64,000 nucleotides of DNA, taken from assembly GCF_001194135.2 (NCBI RefSeq), contig NC_068984.1:126270426-126334425 (forward strand), read 5' to 3'. Every line of letters starts with the position of its first letter. The stretch's first letter is position 1. The notes beneath the pieces are model-generated. The model worked only from the letters and a program-made list of their open reading frames with translations, was not told where the DNA came from and searched no databases. Shown here piece after piece: positions 1 to 11,269 of the stretch. A program made the translations under genes and the position numbers. Source of the DNA: Octopus bimaculoides. Taxonomy: Eukaryota.

Positions 1-53
1 CAAAGACTGCAGACCTCTAGATAAAAAGAGAGGTTTAGAGGATGTCAACCTAA

Positions 54-342
54 AAGTGGCTGTGTGGTAAGTAGTTTGCTTACCAACCACATGGTTCCGG
101 GTTCAGTCCCACTGCGTGGCACCTTGGGCAAGTGTCTTCTACTATAGCCTCGGGCCGACCAAAGCCTTGTGAGTGGATTTGATAGACGGAAACTGAAAGA
201 AGCCCGTCGTATATATATGTGTGTCTGTGTTAGTCCCCTCCCCAACATCGCTTGACAACCGATGTTGGTGTGTTTACGACCCCTTAACATAGCGGTTCGG
301 CAAAAGAGACCGATAGAATAGTACTAGGCTTACAAAGAATAA
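54..342 (+). mobile_element. tRNA-derived SINE, family A
   Basis: Head TGGCTGTGTGGT...GGTTCAGTCCC, core CCTTGGGCAAGTGTCTTCTAC and internal (TA)n/(TG)n. More than 12 related copies in the window. Confidence 0.85.
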
Positions 343-394
343 GTTGAAAAGTTTTTTACTACAGAAATGTTATTGTCGTGTAATTTTTTTATTG

Positions 395-1216
395 TCATAA
401 TCCACAAAAGCAGTTGTTTCAAAAATTCCAGTAAAATCCTTTGAGATATTTTCAATTTTATTAGCAGCTTCCTTTATCATACGCCAAGCTTGTATGACAT
501 CTAAGCTTGATGTCTATAGGTAATCTGATACTGGAGTTGTTACATCAAATATTCATATAAGTGTAAATGCCACTAACCAGGTTTCAAATTTACAGATTTT
601 CTCTCAATTTTTGTGCTTCGTAGCGAACTGAACTTTTGAAATCCATAGCTTCACTTACTTGCTAAAGGTTTGAAAAAAATTTCCATTGACTGATTACTGC
701 AATTTTCTAAGTGCTCTACTTTTACTTGAGCATTTGGTTTGACCAATGTGTTAGATGTTTCTGACTGCCTGTTTTTGATTTTATTTGGTTTTCCCAAACC
801 TTAATCTTTTTATAAAAATCACTAAAAAAGTAGTAAGTTCGGTAAACAAGCCAAAAAGACTCACTGCTGGAACACACACTCTGCTTGCATCTTTAGAACA
901 TGTGCATAGCACCAAGTGTGGATATGGTTTAGGCAAGCATCTTTCATAAATGCCTAAAGGCCAGAATATATTTCACTCATACTAGGAGCTCCGTCAAATG
1001 AATCTCCAATACACTGTTCTAGAGTCAGAATTATCTCTGCAAGAGAATCACTTAGCAAGGTGTGTAAGCTTCTACCGCTTGAGTTCTCTACATTTACCAG
1101 ACGAACTAGTCTTTCTTTTACTCGGTCACCAACAACACATCTAAGAACAATGGCACATGACCGTGAATAGAGACATCTTGGGTAGAATCAATTTGCACTG
1201 AAAATATACCCACATC
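395..1216 (-). pseudogene. hAT-superfamily transposase remnant (ZMYM1-like type), with stops and frameshifts
   Basis: Manual minus-strand translation gives GIFSVQIDSTQD (first catalytic Asp), CIGDSFDGAPSM, HIHTWCYAHVL (CxxH motif) and FDVTTPVSDYL*TSSLDVIQAW. Confidence 0.8.
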
Positions 1217-3914
1217 TTTAACCTCCTTGACAATTTCTCCTTTAATCATGTAAGCAATAATATTAAATATTTTTGTCACAGTTGTTTTACTAAGTAAAGT
1301 TACGAATTTTCCACGCCCTTTTTGGAATGGTTGTTGTTTACCTTTTATAATAACTTTTTGTAAAAAACCAAAATTCCACCAAAATATTAATTTATTAATG
1401 AATCTTGAACTTTAATTGACACACAAGTGGACCTAGTCAAAAACTTCTGGTAAAATGTATTGCATAAAAGCATATCCTTCAATGATAGATAAATATTTTG
1501 TATTTGGAACTTCTCAGACATTTGTTCTGTCAACCAATCAAAATAGACTCACACAATTATTACTACTAAAAATGTATATGTTTCTTAAAAGCCGGAGATG
1601 AATTGTGAATAAGATAAAAATTTTCCAGGCTATTGGTTTCATCTATCAAGTTAAAATACATGCATAGAAGACAGGTTACAACAGGTGGACAAAAAGCTGA
1701 TAAACAAGATTCCAAGAGACTGGCAAAATAAATAAAAAAATAAAAAACAGAAAGAGGATAATCCCAAACAACATGAAAGGATGAACTGGATATATTTGAC
1801 AATAATTAAGGGTTTCCTATAACTGGGGATGGATCTCTAAAGCTGAAAGTTATAGAGATAAGAGGAAGAGGCACTTTGCCTACAAGTGGGGGAACAAAGG
1901 TTGATTGGTTGGTAAACATGGTGTACATACAATATTTTACTTATACACTCCTAAGTTAGAGTTATTAGTCCGGAAAATAATCATAGAGGCTTCTGTTGTG
2001 TTAGCATATATGGTGAAAGTAGCAGTCCAATAATTGTTTCTTTGTACAATTATTCTGCAATCATCTGAAATATATATTAGTTTCTTGATTGAATACAAGG
2101 GGATTTATTTGTGGGAAGAGTAAGTAGGATGTGTTACAAACTTTTTTCTCAGAGCAGTAACAACAGAAAATAGCTTTTGTTTCTGTTTCCCCCCTCCCCC
2201 ACCACTTGAAAACTGGTGTTAGTGTTTTTACATTCCCCCATAATTTAGTTGTTCAGCAAAAGAGAAAGATAGAATAAGCACTCGGCTTACAAGAAAAATA
2301 AGTTCTGAGGTCGATTCATTCGACTAAAAATTCTTCAAGCCTCAGCATGGCCACAGGCTAATCGATTGAAACAAATAAAAGATAAAAAGATATTTCTCAA
2401 ATAAAATTTGGATTCTAAAGGGTAAAAGAAAATTATGCGTTCATTAATTTTATAATGAATTTTCAAAAACATTTTTCAAATTCATACAAGCATTAGAATA
2501 TGCCGGCAACTACAGCCACTAATGAGAAAGCTTCTGCATTCTCACCAAATACCTCTCAAATGCACACCCTATTGTCTTAAAAATTAGGTATTAGATATAG
2601 CAGTTCTACTTACAATATGTCTAAGTAAAAGACTAGATAGTCCTGGCTGGAACGTTCTTAATTATTGTTTTCTTGGATAAGTTAGATAATAATCACTACA
2701 AAAGGAAAATCTTGCTTTGTGACAACACCTGGCCATATTTCCCAGAAAAGACTAATGTGCATTACAATAAGATGATTCTGTATATGAAAATATTGTTAAT
2801 CTCTCTTATAAAGTAAATTTGGAAGTGAAAGTGTCTTTACATAATCTAAATATTCTGTGCAGATCTATGAAGTTGGCAGGACTTTGACAATAGCTTTCTC
2901 TATCTGTACACAAACACTGTCATTAGAAGCAATTCCCATTAAGTTTTCTTTTTTTTTTTTTCAGCAATAAAATTCTCGTAACGAAAAGAAAAGCGTGATT
3001 AGCAATTCACATAATCTATATAGGTGGTAAACTATGAGTTTTGTGTTATAAGTTGTAAGTTTCACCACTTGTAAGAAATTAGCTGTAAGTCAAAAATGAT
3101 ACTCTTAGTCAACTATTGTTTCAGCCACCAAATTACTGCTAGACTGAATGGGGAAAGGTTGACCTAGTTAGCATTAGTGATAATTTATTCAGTTTTGTAT
3201 TGGGAAACCACGAATTCAAAAACAGTCGTCTATGTATCAGCTAAGAATTATCTTGTTCCACTTGAATCAGAAAATACATAGAATCACTGAACAAGGGACT
3301 AAACTCATACACACTTGATTCACTCGTATTTGCTATATTATGATTCTAGTAAGCATAATTTTTTGGTGAATGTGTTTATTAAGTGTCTACATTTACCTGG
3401 TGGACCTGATTTCAAAATATCGGTCAGTAAAACTCTAGTTGAAGTGGAATGAGCAAACAGCATCACAAATAGGATAAATAATTAGTACAAGAGTATTGCT
3501 AACATGGACTACAGAATGAAAACGATCTACATCTGTGGACCGAATAAAAGGTTTCGTTTGAAATTCCAAGTTACCAACTAGGCATCTAAAGAAGGCTGAA
3601 GGATACATAAAATGGCTGAAACAATGTGACTATAACAACCAAGATGAAGTCCCTTGCTTGAACATATCAGTAGATAATAAAACTGGAACAATCAGCTAGG
3701 ATCGTTCAGTAAAATTTGTAACTAAATACTATATTTACTCATGTATAATTCATACACATAATTTAGTGTTAAATCTTGGTTCAAAATGTTTTCATTTCAT
3801 AGTTTTAGCTTTTCCACATGTTTAGGACTAACGCACGACTGAACACAGCATATAAACAACACTGAAAAAAAGTTACCAGGCATGAATTTAGTCTTTAATA
3901 ACTTTCAAAGCTTT

Positions 3915-4119
3915 AAGGCGACGAGTTGGCAGAATCATTAGCATACCAGGCAAAAAGTTTAGCGGAATTTTTCCATCTTTACATTCTGAGTTCAAATTCC
4001 ACCAAGGTTGACATAGACCTTCATGCTTTGGGGTTGATAAAACAAGTACCAATTGAGTACTGGAGTCGATATGATTCACTTAACCTCCCACGAAATTGCT
4101 GGCCTTGTGCCAAAATTTG
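3915..4119 (+). mobile_element. tRNA-derived SINE, family B (GGCGGCGAGCTGGCAGAA head)
   Basis: Matches copies at about 4170-4328 (-), 14955-15125 (+), 40330-41126 (-, interrupted) and 57850-57930 (-). B-box-like GAGTTCAAATTCC. Confidence 0.8.
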
Positions 4120-4569
4120 ATACCAATAACTTTCAAAGATTATCTGTGACAAACCACATTTCATATTGGTTTCAGATTTTGGCACTAGGCTGGTACTTAT
4201 TTTATTGACATCAAAAAGAGAAAGGTCAAGTCGACCTCGATGGGAATTGAACTCAGAACATAAAGACGGATGAAATGCTGCTTAGCGTTTTGCCTGGCGT
4301 GCTAACGGTTCTGGCAGCTCGTCGCCCCAACCGCATTTTATATTATCCATATAAATAAATCCATGTGTACCTACACTAAAGTATGTGTATACAGTTAACT
4401 GGGTTGAATCACTTGTGAGTTTGCTATCTTGACTATGGATATGACACAAAACTGGCACTAGAATATGAAGCAGAGCTATCGATTCAACTGGTGCTAATCA
4501 CTAAAATCAATAGTTTGTACTGATAAAACTAGTAATTAGTTGAAACTATTGATTTTATTACTGAATCAG

Positions 4570-6146
4570 TATTGATTCAATAGGAGAATCACTTGTTTGG
4601 TGGCTTGAAAGCATGTTTGTGTGTGTGAGAAAGAGGGGGGGTAATATTCTCATAGTGATAAGGTTATTGTGAGCATTGAAAAGCAGGTGAACAAAGTTTT
4701 TTTGGCAGCACCAGAGCCCAAAGATTTTCAAGCCAGCAAGGGATGGTTTGACTGTGTCCAGAAACGGTTTAAAATAAAATGTGTTTCCCTGCATGGAGAG
4801 ACAGCATCAGCCGACAAAGAAACTGCCGAGAAGTATCTTGAAACCTTTGGGCAGATCATCGAGGACAATGGATACAAGCCAGAACAGGTTTTCAAAATGG
4901 ACGAGACTAGCATGTTCTGGAAGAAGATGCCTTCCAGAACGTACATCATGAAGGACAAAGAGCCCTAGGATTTAAGGCACAGAAAGACAGAGTGACACTA
5001 ATTGTGTGTGGTAATGCTGCTGGCTTCATGATGAAACCAGGACAAGTCCGCGAACCCGAGGGCCTTCAAAAATAAGAATAAAAACTTGCTGCCAGTCCAC
5101 TGGATGCACAACCCCAAGGCCTGGCTTACCAAAAGTCTAACTTTGAATTGGTTCCACCAATACTTCATCCATTAAGCCAAGGAATACCTCCAAAACGTAT
5201 GTATGGAATTCAAGGTGTTGTTTGTTGTGGATAGTGCTGGTGGTCACTCTGGAGTTGAATCACGAAGGAGGTTCAAGTCGAGTTCCCACCTGCTAACACC
5301 ACCTCATCCAGCCTATAGAGCAAGGCGTGATCCGTGCTTTCAAGACACTTTACACTCGGAACTCTTTCCAACACCTTTTGGACGCAATGGATTCGGACGA
5401 GAATTTCAAGTTAAAGGAGTACTGGCGTAACTTCATGATCGCAACGTGCCCGTCAGTCATCGACGCTGGTCTTAAAGACATGAAAAAAGATACCCTCATC
5501 GCATGCTGAAAGAAGGTGTGGCCAGAATGTGGTCAGGACTACAAGGGCTTCTCACCCGAAGATTTTCAGCACGAGGCTGTCAACAATGCGGTGAAACTGG
5601 CAAAGGTACTTGGAGGCGAAGGTTTTGACGACATCACGCAAGATGAGGTCAACAATCTCGTCGATGCCCACTCTGAAACCCTGACAGACGAAGATTTGTT
5701 GGAGTTAACTAAGTTTGTCAGCGAAGAGGAGGAGGAACCTCCAGATCCAGAGAAAGAGGAGGATGAGGTGGGCCTGACACTCGAACGCCTGTCCGACTTT
5801 TAAGGACAGCAAAGGAATTGCAAGGGAAGGCGAAAGCATGGGATCTCTATATGGTTCGGTCTCTCCAATTTAAAAATGACATCGATGCTACTATGCAGAC
5901 ATATAAAACTCTCTCACCACCTTGACGAAACAGTGACAGCAACTTCCCATCACAATGTTCCTTAAGCCCACCAAGAAAGCCCCGCAGGAACATACATCTC
6001 CTAAAACACTTGAAGAGGTGTCACCTGAAGAGCTTTAAATTTTTGCTGTGCAGTCATTACCTTCATTATTTTCATCATCAACATCTTAAATTAATATCAT
6101 TCATTATTGGTGAGTAACCGTACACTTTACTTTATTTTTTTATTAA

Positions 6147-6179
<33 letters not shown>

Positions 6180-6249
6180 TTATATTTTACGTTATATTTT
6201 GACATTAGAGGCATTTTTATGGACGACTTCCAATATTCGCGGGGGCTCT
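4570..6249 (+). mobile_element. Tigger/pogo DNA transposon remnant with decayed transposase (CENP-B HTH end, DDE_1 domain, acidic tail)
   Basis: ORF pieces DFQASKGWFD, SLHGETASAD, QVFKMDETSMFWKKMPSRTYI, KVLFVVDSAGGH, QPIEQGVIRAFKTLY and acidic EEEEE, broken by stops and frameshifts. The 3' end abuts the N gap. Confidence 0.9.
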
Positions 6250-6467
6250 NNNNNNNNNNNNNNNNNNNNNNNNNNNNNNNNNNNNNNNNNNNNNNNNNNN
6301 NNNNNNNNNNNNNNNNNNNNNNNNNNNNNNNNNNNNNNNNNNNNNNNNNNNNNNNNNNNNNNNNNNNNNNNNNNNNNNNNNNNNNNNNNNNNNNNNNNNN
6401 NNNNNNNNNNNNNNNNNNNNCTATCCGAAGAATTTTTATTCATTAAGATAGAAGAAATACATATAAT

Positions 6468-6510
<43 letters not shown>

Positions 6511-6849
6511 ATAAAATCAGTTTCACAGTACTGGGTTTTCAAACGAAAGTGACCTCTAAATATTAAAGAAATGTCATCCGAGAAAGACAGGCACATACAT
6601 ATTTATATATATGAATTAATGCGTTTATATCACAGGAAACGGCAAAGGTTTCAAGACATTAACTAGTTTGAAACTTTGATGCGTTTCAAACATCTACATA
6701 GTCTACCAAACAGCAACATTTCTATGATTATTGACTCCACGGTTGTTAAAGAAATAACCGAAATCTATGGGTTTATTTCTATACTGAGAGCTCTCCGGTT
6801 CTTCAGTATTTGGTGTCTGTTACAGTTATCTCACCTTGCAACACCAATA

Positions 6850-7656
6850 ATGGCGATCCACCTAACAAACCTCGTGTCGAAAACTTTAGACACGCGTATT
6901 CGGAGAACATGTGTGAACATTTTTAGGTTACTGTCGACATTTGATCACCGTTCATCAGATGCCGAAGAATTACCAAAGCCTCCAAAGAAACCGTACTCTA
7001 TGTTTTTTGAATTCTTAGATAGAAATCGCCCAGCGGTAGTTTCAAATAACCCAGGTATGAAAAATCCAGAAGTTATTAGTTTGATATCGAACATGTATCG
7101 TAATTTGTCTGAGGCCGACAAAAAGCTTTTGAAAGAGGAATCGACAAAAAGATTCCAGGCTTATAAGGAAGAATACGTTAAATTTAAGGCATCTTTATCT
7201 CCACAACAACTCCAAGCGATGACTGTGTTATCTCAGAAGAAAAAGGCCAGTCGCTTAAAAAGAGAAAAGAAGCGTGCTGAAAAGAAATACGGTCATCCAC
7301 AGAGGCCAATCAGTTCTTACGGCATTTTTGTACGGGAAAATAAAGGAAAACGTGGAAACATGGGTTTTATAGAGTTTTCCAAATACTTGTCACAAATGTG
7401 GAAAGAAATGCCAGATAATGAAAAGTCTGTTTATCATGATATGTCTATGGCCGAGAGAGAGAGATACGCTGCTCAAATGGTAGACTGGGAACAACTGATG
7501 CTGGAGGAAGGTCGGCCGGAGTTGTTACGAGGTTACACCAAAACGAAGGCAAAGAAAAAGAAAGCGAAAACGAAAGCTAAAATGAAAACAAAAACTAAAG
7601 CTAAGAAAAAAAGAAAAACTAAGAAAACGAGCAAGAAGAATCTTGAGGATTTTTGA
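6850..7656 (+). CDS. TFAM: Mitochondrial transcription factor A, single-exon CDS, 268 aa
   Basis: N-terminal presequence-like segment. HMG box 1 (PKPPKKPYSMFF...FKASLSPQQ), basic linker, HMG box 2 (GHPQRPISSYGIF...WEQLMLEEGRPELLR), collinear with human TFAM as recalled. ATG 6850 has A at -3 and G at +4. Confidence 0.93.
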   Translation: MAIHLTNLVSKTLDTRIRRTCVNIFRLLSTFDHRSSDAEELPKPPKKPYSMFFEFLDRNRPAVVSNNPGMKNPEVISLISNMYRNLSEADKKLLKEESTKRFQAYKEEYVKFKASLSPQQLQAMTVLSQKKKASRLKREKKRAEKKYGHPQRPISSYGIFVRENKGKRGNMGFIEFSKYLSQMWKEMPDNEKSVYHDMSMAERERYAAQMVDWEQLMLEEGRPELLRGYTKTKAKKKKAKTKAKMKTKTKAKKKRKTKKTSKKNLEDF

Positions 7657-7976
7657 TCTGCAATGTTTGAAAGTTTTGCGATCGTCTTAGAGCATTCTAT
7701 TTGAACAAGTAGGAAGTTATATTTTTAATTTGTTTTCATTTAATAATCTATCTAGCTATCTTATTATATACAAGAGCAGTATTAATTCCGAATAGCAATC
7801 TGTATATCTCAACGGGGATATACGGATCTTTTCTGTTTGGCTTTCACTTTTTGAAATTTTAAAATTTAGTATAACGATGTGATTTTTGATGCTGAATCTG
7901 ATGTTGCTGTTATTTTATTGTTCCAGAAAATTTTTAGGAAAATGTTACAGCGGTTTAAAGTTTGATTATTTTTACT

Positions 7977-8371
7977 GGTAATTTTTCAGATAGGTTAGAT
8001 TTGAAAAGGTAAATAAAAATTAAGGGGGAGATAAGTAGTAAAAGAAGGGACGAATCAGTCTAAGCGAAATCGTGGACTATCATTCAATTAGGAAATGTTG
8101 GAGACAACATTCTTCAGTGATTGGCACGGCGTCGACTAATGAATATGTATACATGTGAAAATTGTAATTCACCATATGGCCTTACTACATGTGCTGACGT
8201 TACTGATGGAGAATTATGGCACTGCAAGCGTTGTAAAAGGGGCAAATCTTTTCGTTTCCGTTCATTTTTTGAGAGGTCATATTTCGCCAGTGTTTAGGTT
8301 GTGAAAAGTAACTTCAATTATCTCCCCCTTAATTTTAATTTTTTTTAATCCAACCTAACTGAACAATTACC
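7977..8371 (+). mobile_element. Merlin-type DNA transposon, internally deleted, retaining the N-terminal zinc ribbon
   Basis: About 55-bp imperfect TIRs starting GGTAA, with a perfect 19-bp inner block. Flanks ATTTTTACT / ATTTTTACC (9-bp TSD, 1 mismatch). Internal LQ*LARRRLMNMYTCENC...DGELWHCKRC...SFRFRSFFERS. Confidence 0.8.
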
Positions 8372-8574
8372 ATTTTTACCCCCATCAGAAACAGGATTTG
8401 GAAGCTAGCATATTCTGCTAGCTTTCATTTAAAATGAAAAGCAATATATTACGACGATATAAGTTGTAAGAAGTTTTGAAATTTTAATAAGTTTAAATGA
8501 ATATATTTAAGAGATGAGGAATTATGTACATTATTTACAATTGACGGATATTTGTCCTCATCTTGTTTGTTGTT

Positions 8575-8618
8575 AACACGTTTCGGCTGATATACCCTCC
8601 AGCCTTCATCAGGTGTCT
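8575..8618 (-). ncRNA. Minimal hammerhead ribozyme, copy 1 (short deletion near the cleavage site)
   Basis: Minus strand GACAC-CTGATGA-A-GGCTG(gagggtatat)CAGCC-GAAACGT-GTTAAC. Confidence 0.6.
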
Positions 8619-8769
8619 TGGGGAAATTTCGAACCTAGGTTCTCATTCCTAATATTTCCATTGATGTCTAATGTCGGCTCCGTACCAATTAGATAATACA
8701 GTTCTATATTTAAGAGATGAGGAATTATTTACAATTGGCGGATATTTGTCCTCATCTTGTTTGTTGTTA

Positions 8770-8816
8770 AAACAACGTTTCAGCTGATATACCCTCCAGC
8801 CTTCATCAGGTGCCTT
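8770..8816 (-). ncRNA. Minimal hammerhead ribozyme, copy 2
   Basis: Minus strand GGCAC-CTGATGA-A-GGCTG(gagggtatat)CAGCT-GAAACGT-T-GTTTT. Canonical core with palindromic ACGT stem III. Confidence 0.65.
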
Positions 8817-10127
8817 GGGGAAATTTCGAACCTGGGAATGAGAACTCAGTGAATAACAAAATTAGATCCATCATGAAAAATTACAAAAAATACCAAATTT
8901 GAAAATTTTCACTCAATTTCAAAATCTTTGACAGCAATGGAAAAGACCCATTAGTTTTTTTGTCAGATAAAAGAATGAGAAACAAACGTTTGAACAGGCA
9001 TGTAAACAATTTAAAAACGAAAAATCTTCAACAAAATATTTTTGTGAAAAAATTACAAAAAAGCAAGGTATATGTTATGCTGTAGTAGTTCAGTTCATGA
9101 AAACAAAACATTTTTTGTAGCAAAGTTCAGAATATAGGTATTGATTGTAGTAGTTTTAAGCAGACAACAGCTTGGTACCAATGTGTCTGGCTTTCGATTT
9201 GCTAAAATTACCAAAAATTTGCAAAATTTAAAAGTTATTAACTTTTTGTTTATTAATTTATGGCAAAAATGAATTCCATTTCCATAATTAGCATACAAAT
9301 CTACTTCAATACACCAAATTTGAAATCAACTGGAACAAAATTAAAGGAACAGAAAAGTGAAAGTCAACCAAGAAAGATCTGGATATACCATAAGAAAGCC
9401 ACAATACTGTGGTATACATCTTCAGAAAGTGTCTCGTATGGATGTATAGTGCTAAAAAGTGTACAAGTAGCAGCAGCTGTTCCTGCTAGATATGTTTCAT
9501 GTGCTACTGGTACTTCTGTGCTTTTTTAGCACTATACTTCTATGTGAGGTTCCTTTTCCAGACAAATAGCACAGTATTGTGGCTTCCTTACAAGTATATC
9601 TATCCATGTTAAGATATACATATATGTGTGTGTTTCGAAACGTCTAGATAGAATAGAGACAGCTGATGAAGGGATATTCCAAGGGGCTTTCCGTTTTCCT
9701 ATGTGTTCGTTCCGTTGTCTGTAGTTTATTGTTCTAACGTCCTGTACCCTGATATGCATGTATATACACATGTAGATGTAAGTATGTACATATATGTGTG
9801 TATACATGTATATATATTCTTTGTATTATTATATATANNNNNNNNNNATAAGCATTTTAGTTTGCTTGAAGCACTGTAATACTGAAGAAAGAAAAGAAAA
9901 GAGAGAATAAGAAAGCTTCTTTCAATGCTGAAAGTTTTACAAAACCTTTATATTTCAGGTACAAAGACCCATCCTCAGACAGAAGCAGTCTGGATGCACC
10001 TATTACATTACCTTACTCAAACTTGTCAGTGTTAATGCTGAAAAGTTTGAGTAAGGTAACAGAATTGGTGTGACTGGACATTTGTAAAACTTTCTGCATT
10101 GTTGGAAGCTTTCTTATTTTCTTTATG

Positions 10128-10173
<46 letters not shown>

Positions 10174-10954
10174 AACCAGAGTATATGTCAGCCCAGTTAG
10201 AGGATCCCTTCTCTTGACCATACCTGGCACCATCAGTTGGTTTAGGCACTGTTTTGAGCAGAATAATATTAAGACTATTGAAAATGTTTTCTTAAACAAA
10301 TAGTATTCACTTCATGGATTTCTCTGATTTGCATGTGTTATTGTCAAACTAAAAAAAGATTCACCGAGTTGTAAAATTGTTTGGAGAAATCCGTAAAAAA
10401 AAAAAAAATCTGCCTCTTTTTTTGAGTAAGGAGTCAGGAAAATGTTAGCTGATAGAAAATATGTGAAGATAATCATTCAGTAGACAAACTGATTGAATTT
10501 CGGTGAATGGCTGTGAAGATAAACAAATATTTTGATATAGTTACCTTTTTTGTAGCTCCAAAATACATTACCATCAATTGTTTTGGCTTGACTCCAGTTC
10601 TTATTCATGGTAACGTTTTCATAACAGTTCTCACCAAAGAAGAAAAGAAGTTCCCAATTCTTCAAATTTATAACTTTCTTACCATGGAAGAACATACAAC
10701 TAAAGTTCCCAAATTCAGTACAGATGTTGTTTTTTTACAAATTCTCGTTGATACTATGTATATACAGTATTGCAAAAAAAAAATAATACGAATACTCAAA
10801 CAAAATATCCACATTCAGAGAATTGTTCTCTGGATAATCGCTGACATTTTAACATGCTGAAGTAAGACTCACATCAGAGTGCTGGTCACATATCTTATAC
10901 ATACATACAGACATCCTGGATTAGATCCACAATTGTTTTCTCTTCAGACTGGTG

Positions 10955-11090
10955 TTATGAAGGGCATCCGGCTGTAGAAACTCTGCCAAATCAGATTGGA
11001 GCCTGGTGTAGCCATCTGGTTTCACCAGTCCTCAGTCAAATCGGCCAACCCATGCTAGCATGGAAAGCGGACGTTAAACGATGATGATGA
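10955..11090 (+). mobile_element. Family D repeat (RTE-type 3' tail ending in (GAT)n)
   Basis: GAAGGGCATCCGGCTGTAGAAA...CCCATGCTAGCATGGAAAGCGGACGTTAAACGATGATGATG. Related copies at about 13650, 23010, 47130, 47700, 47945 and 53435. Confidence 0.7.
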
Positions 11091-11269
11091 TCTCAAAACA
11101 CTTTCACCCTATTCAGTTACTGTCTCTTTACAAAGCTCAAGTAAGTTTCACTTTGGAGTATTGCTCAGATATTTGGGAGAATACTGCTACTTCACATACT
11201 AACATCCTGGATTGCATTCAAAAGCAAACCATTCAGTTAACTGGCAAAAATTCACTCAAAATAAGATGA
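11091..11269 (+). mobile_element. CR1/Jockey-like LINE ORF2 C-terminal remnant
   Basis: LLSLYKAQVSFTLEYCSDIW...ILDCIQKQ resembles the LYKxxVRPxLEYCxxxW motif downstream of RT. Confidence 0.6.

Larger units (their letters stand above)
8500..8840 (-). mobile_element. Penelope-like element terminal repeats, two tandem copies
   Basis: About 130-140 bp unit at about 8500-8640 and about 8706-8840 (ATTTAAGAGATGAGGAATTAT...ATTTCGAACCT). Each contains a hammerhead motif. Confidence 0.7.

Noticed and set aside
3393-3431. Minus-strand micro-exon candidate (CAG|GTAAAT donor)
   Set aside because: It is a 38-nt segment with no recognisable protein and no linked exons.
4502-4557. Perfect 15-bp AT-rich inverted repeat
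   Set aside because: It has a large asymmetric interior and sits at a transposon edge; it is not miRNA-like and no function can be supported.
6676-6849. 58-codon N-terminal extension of TFAM in the ORF track
   Set aside because: It starts at TTG or a weak ATG and does not look like a presequence. ATG 6850 has a strong Kozak context and gives a normal-length TFAM leader.
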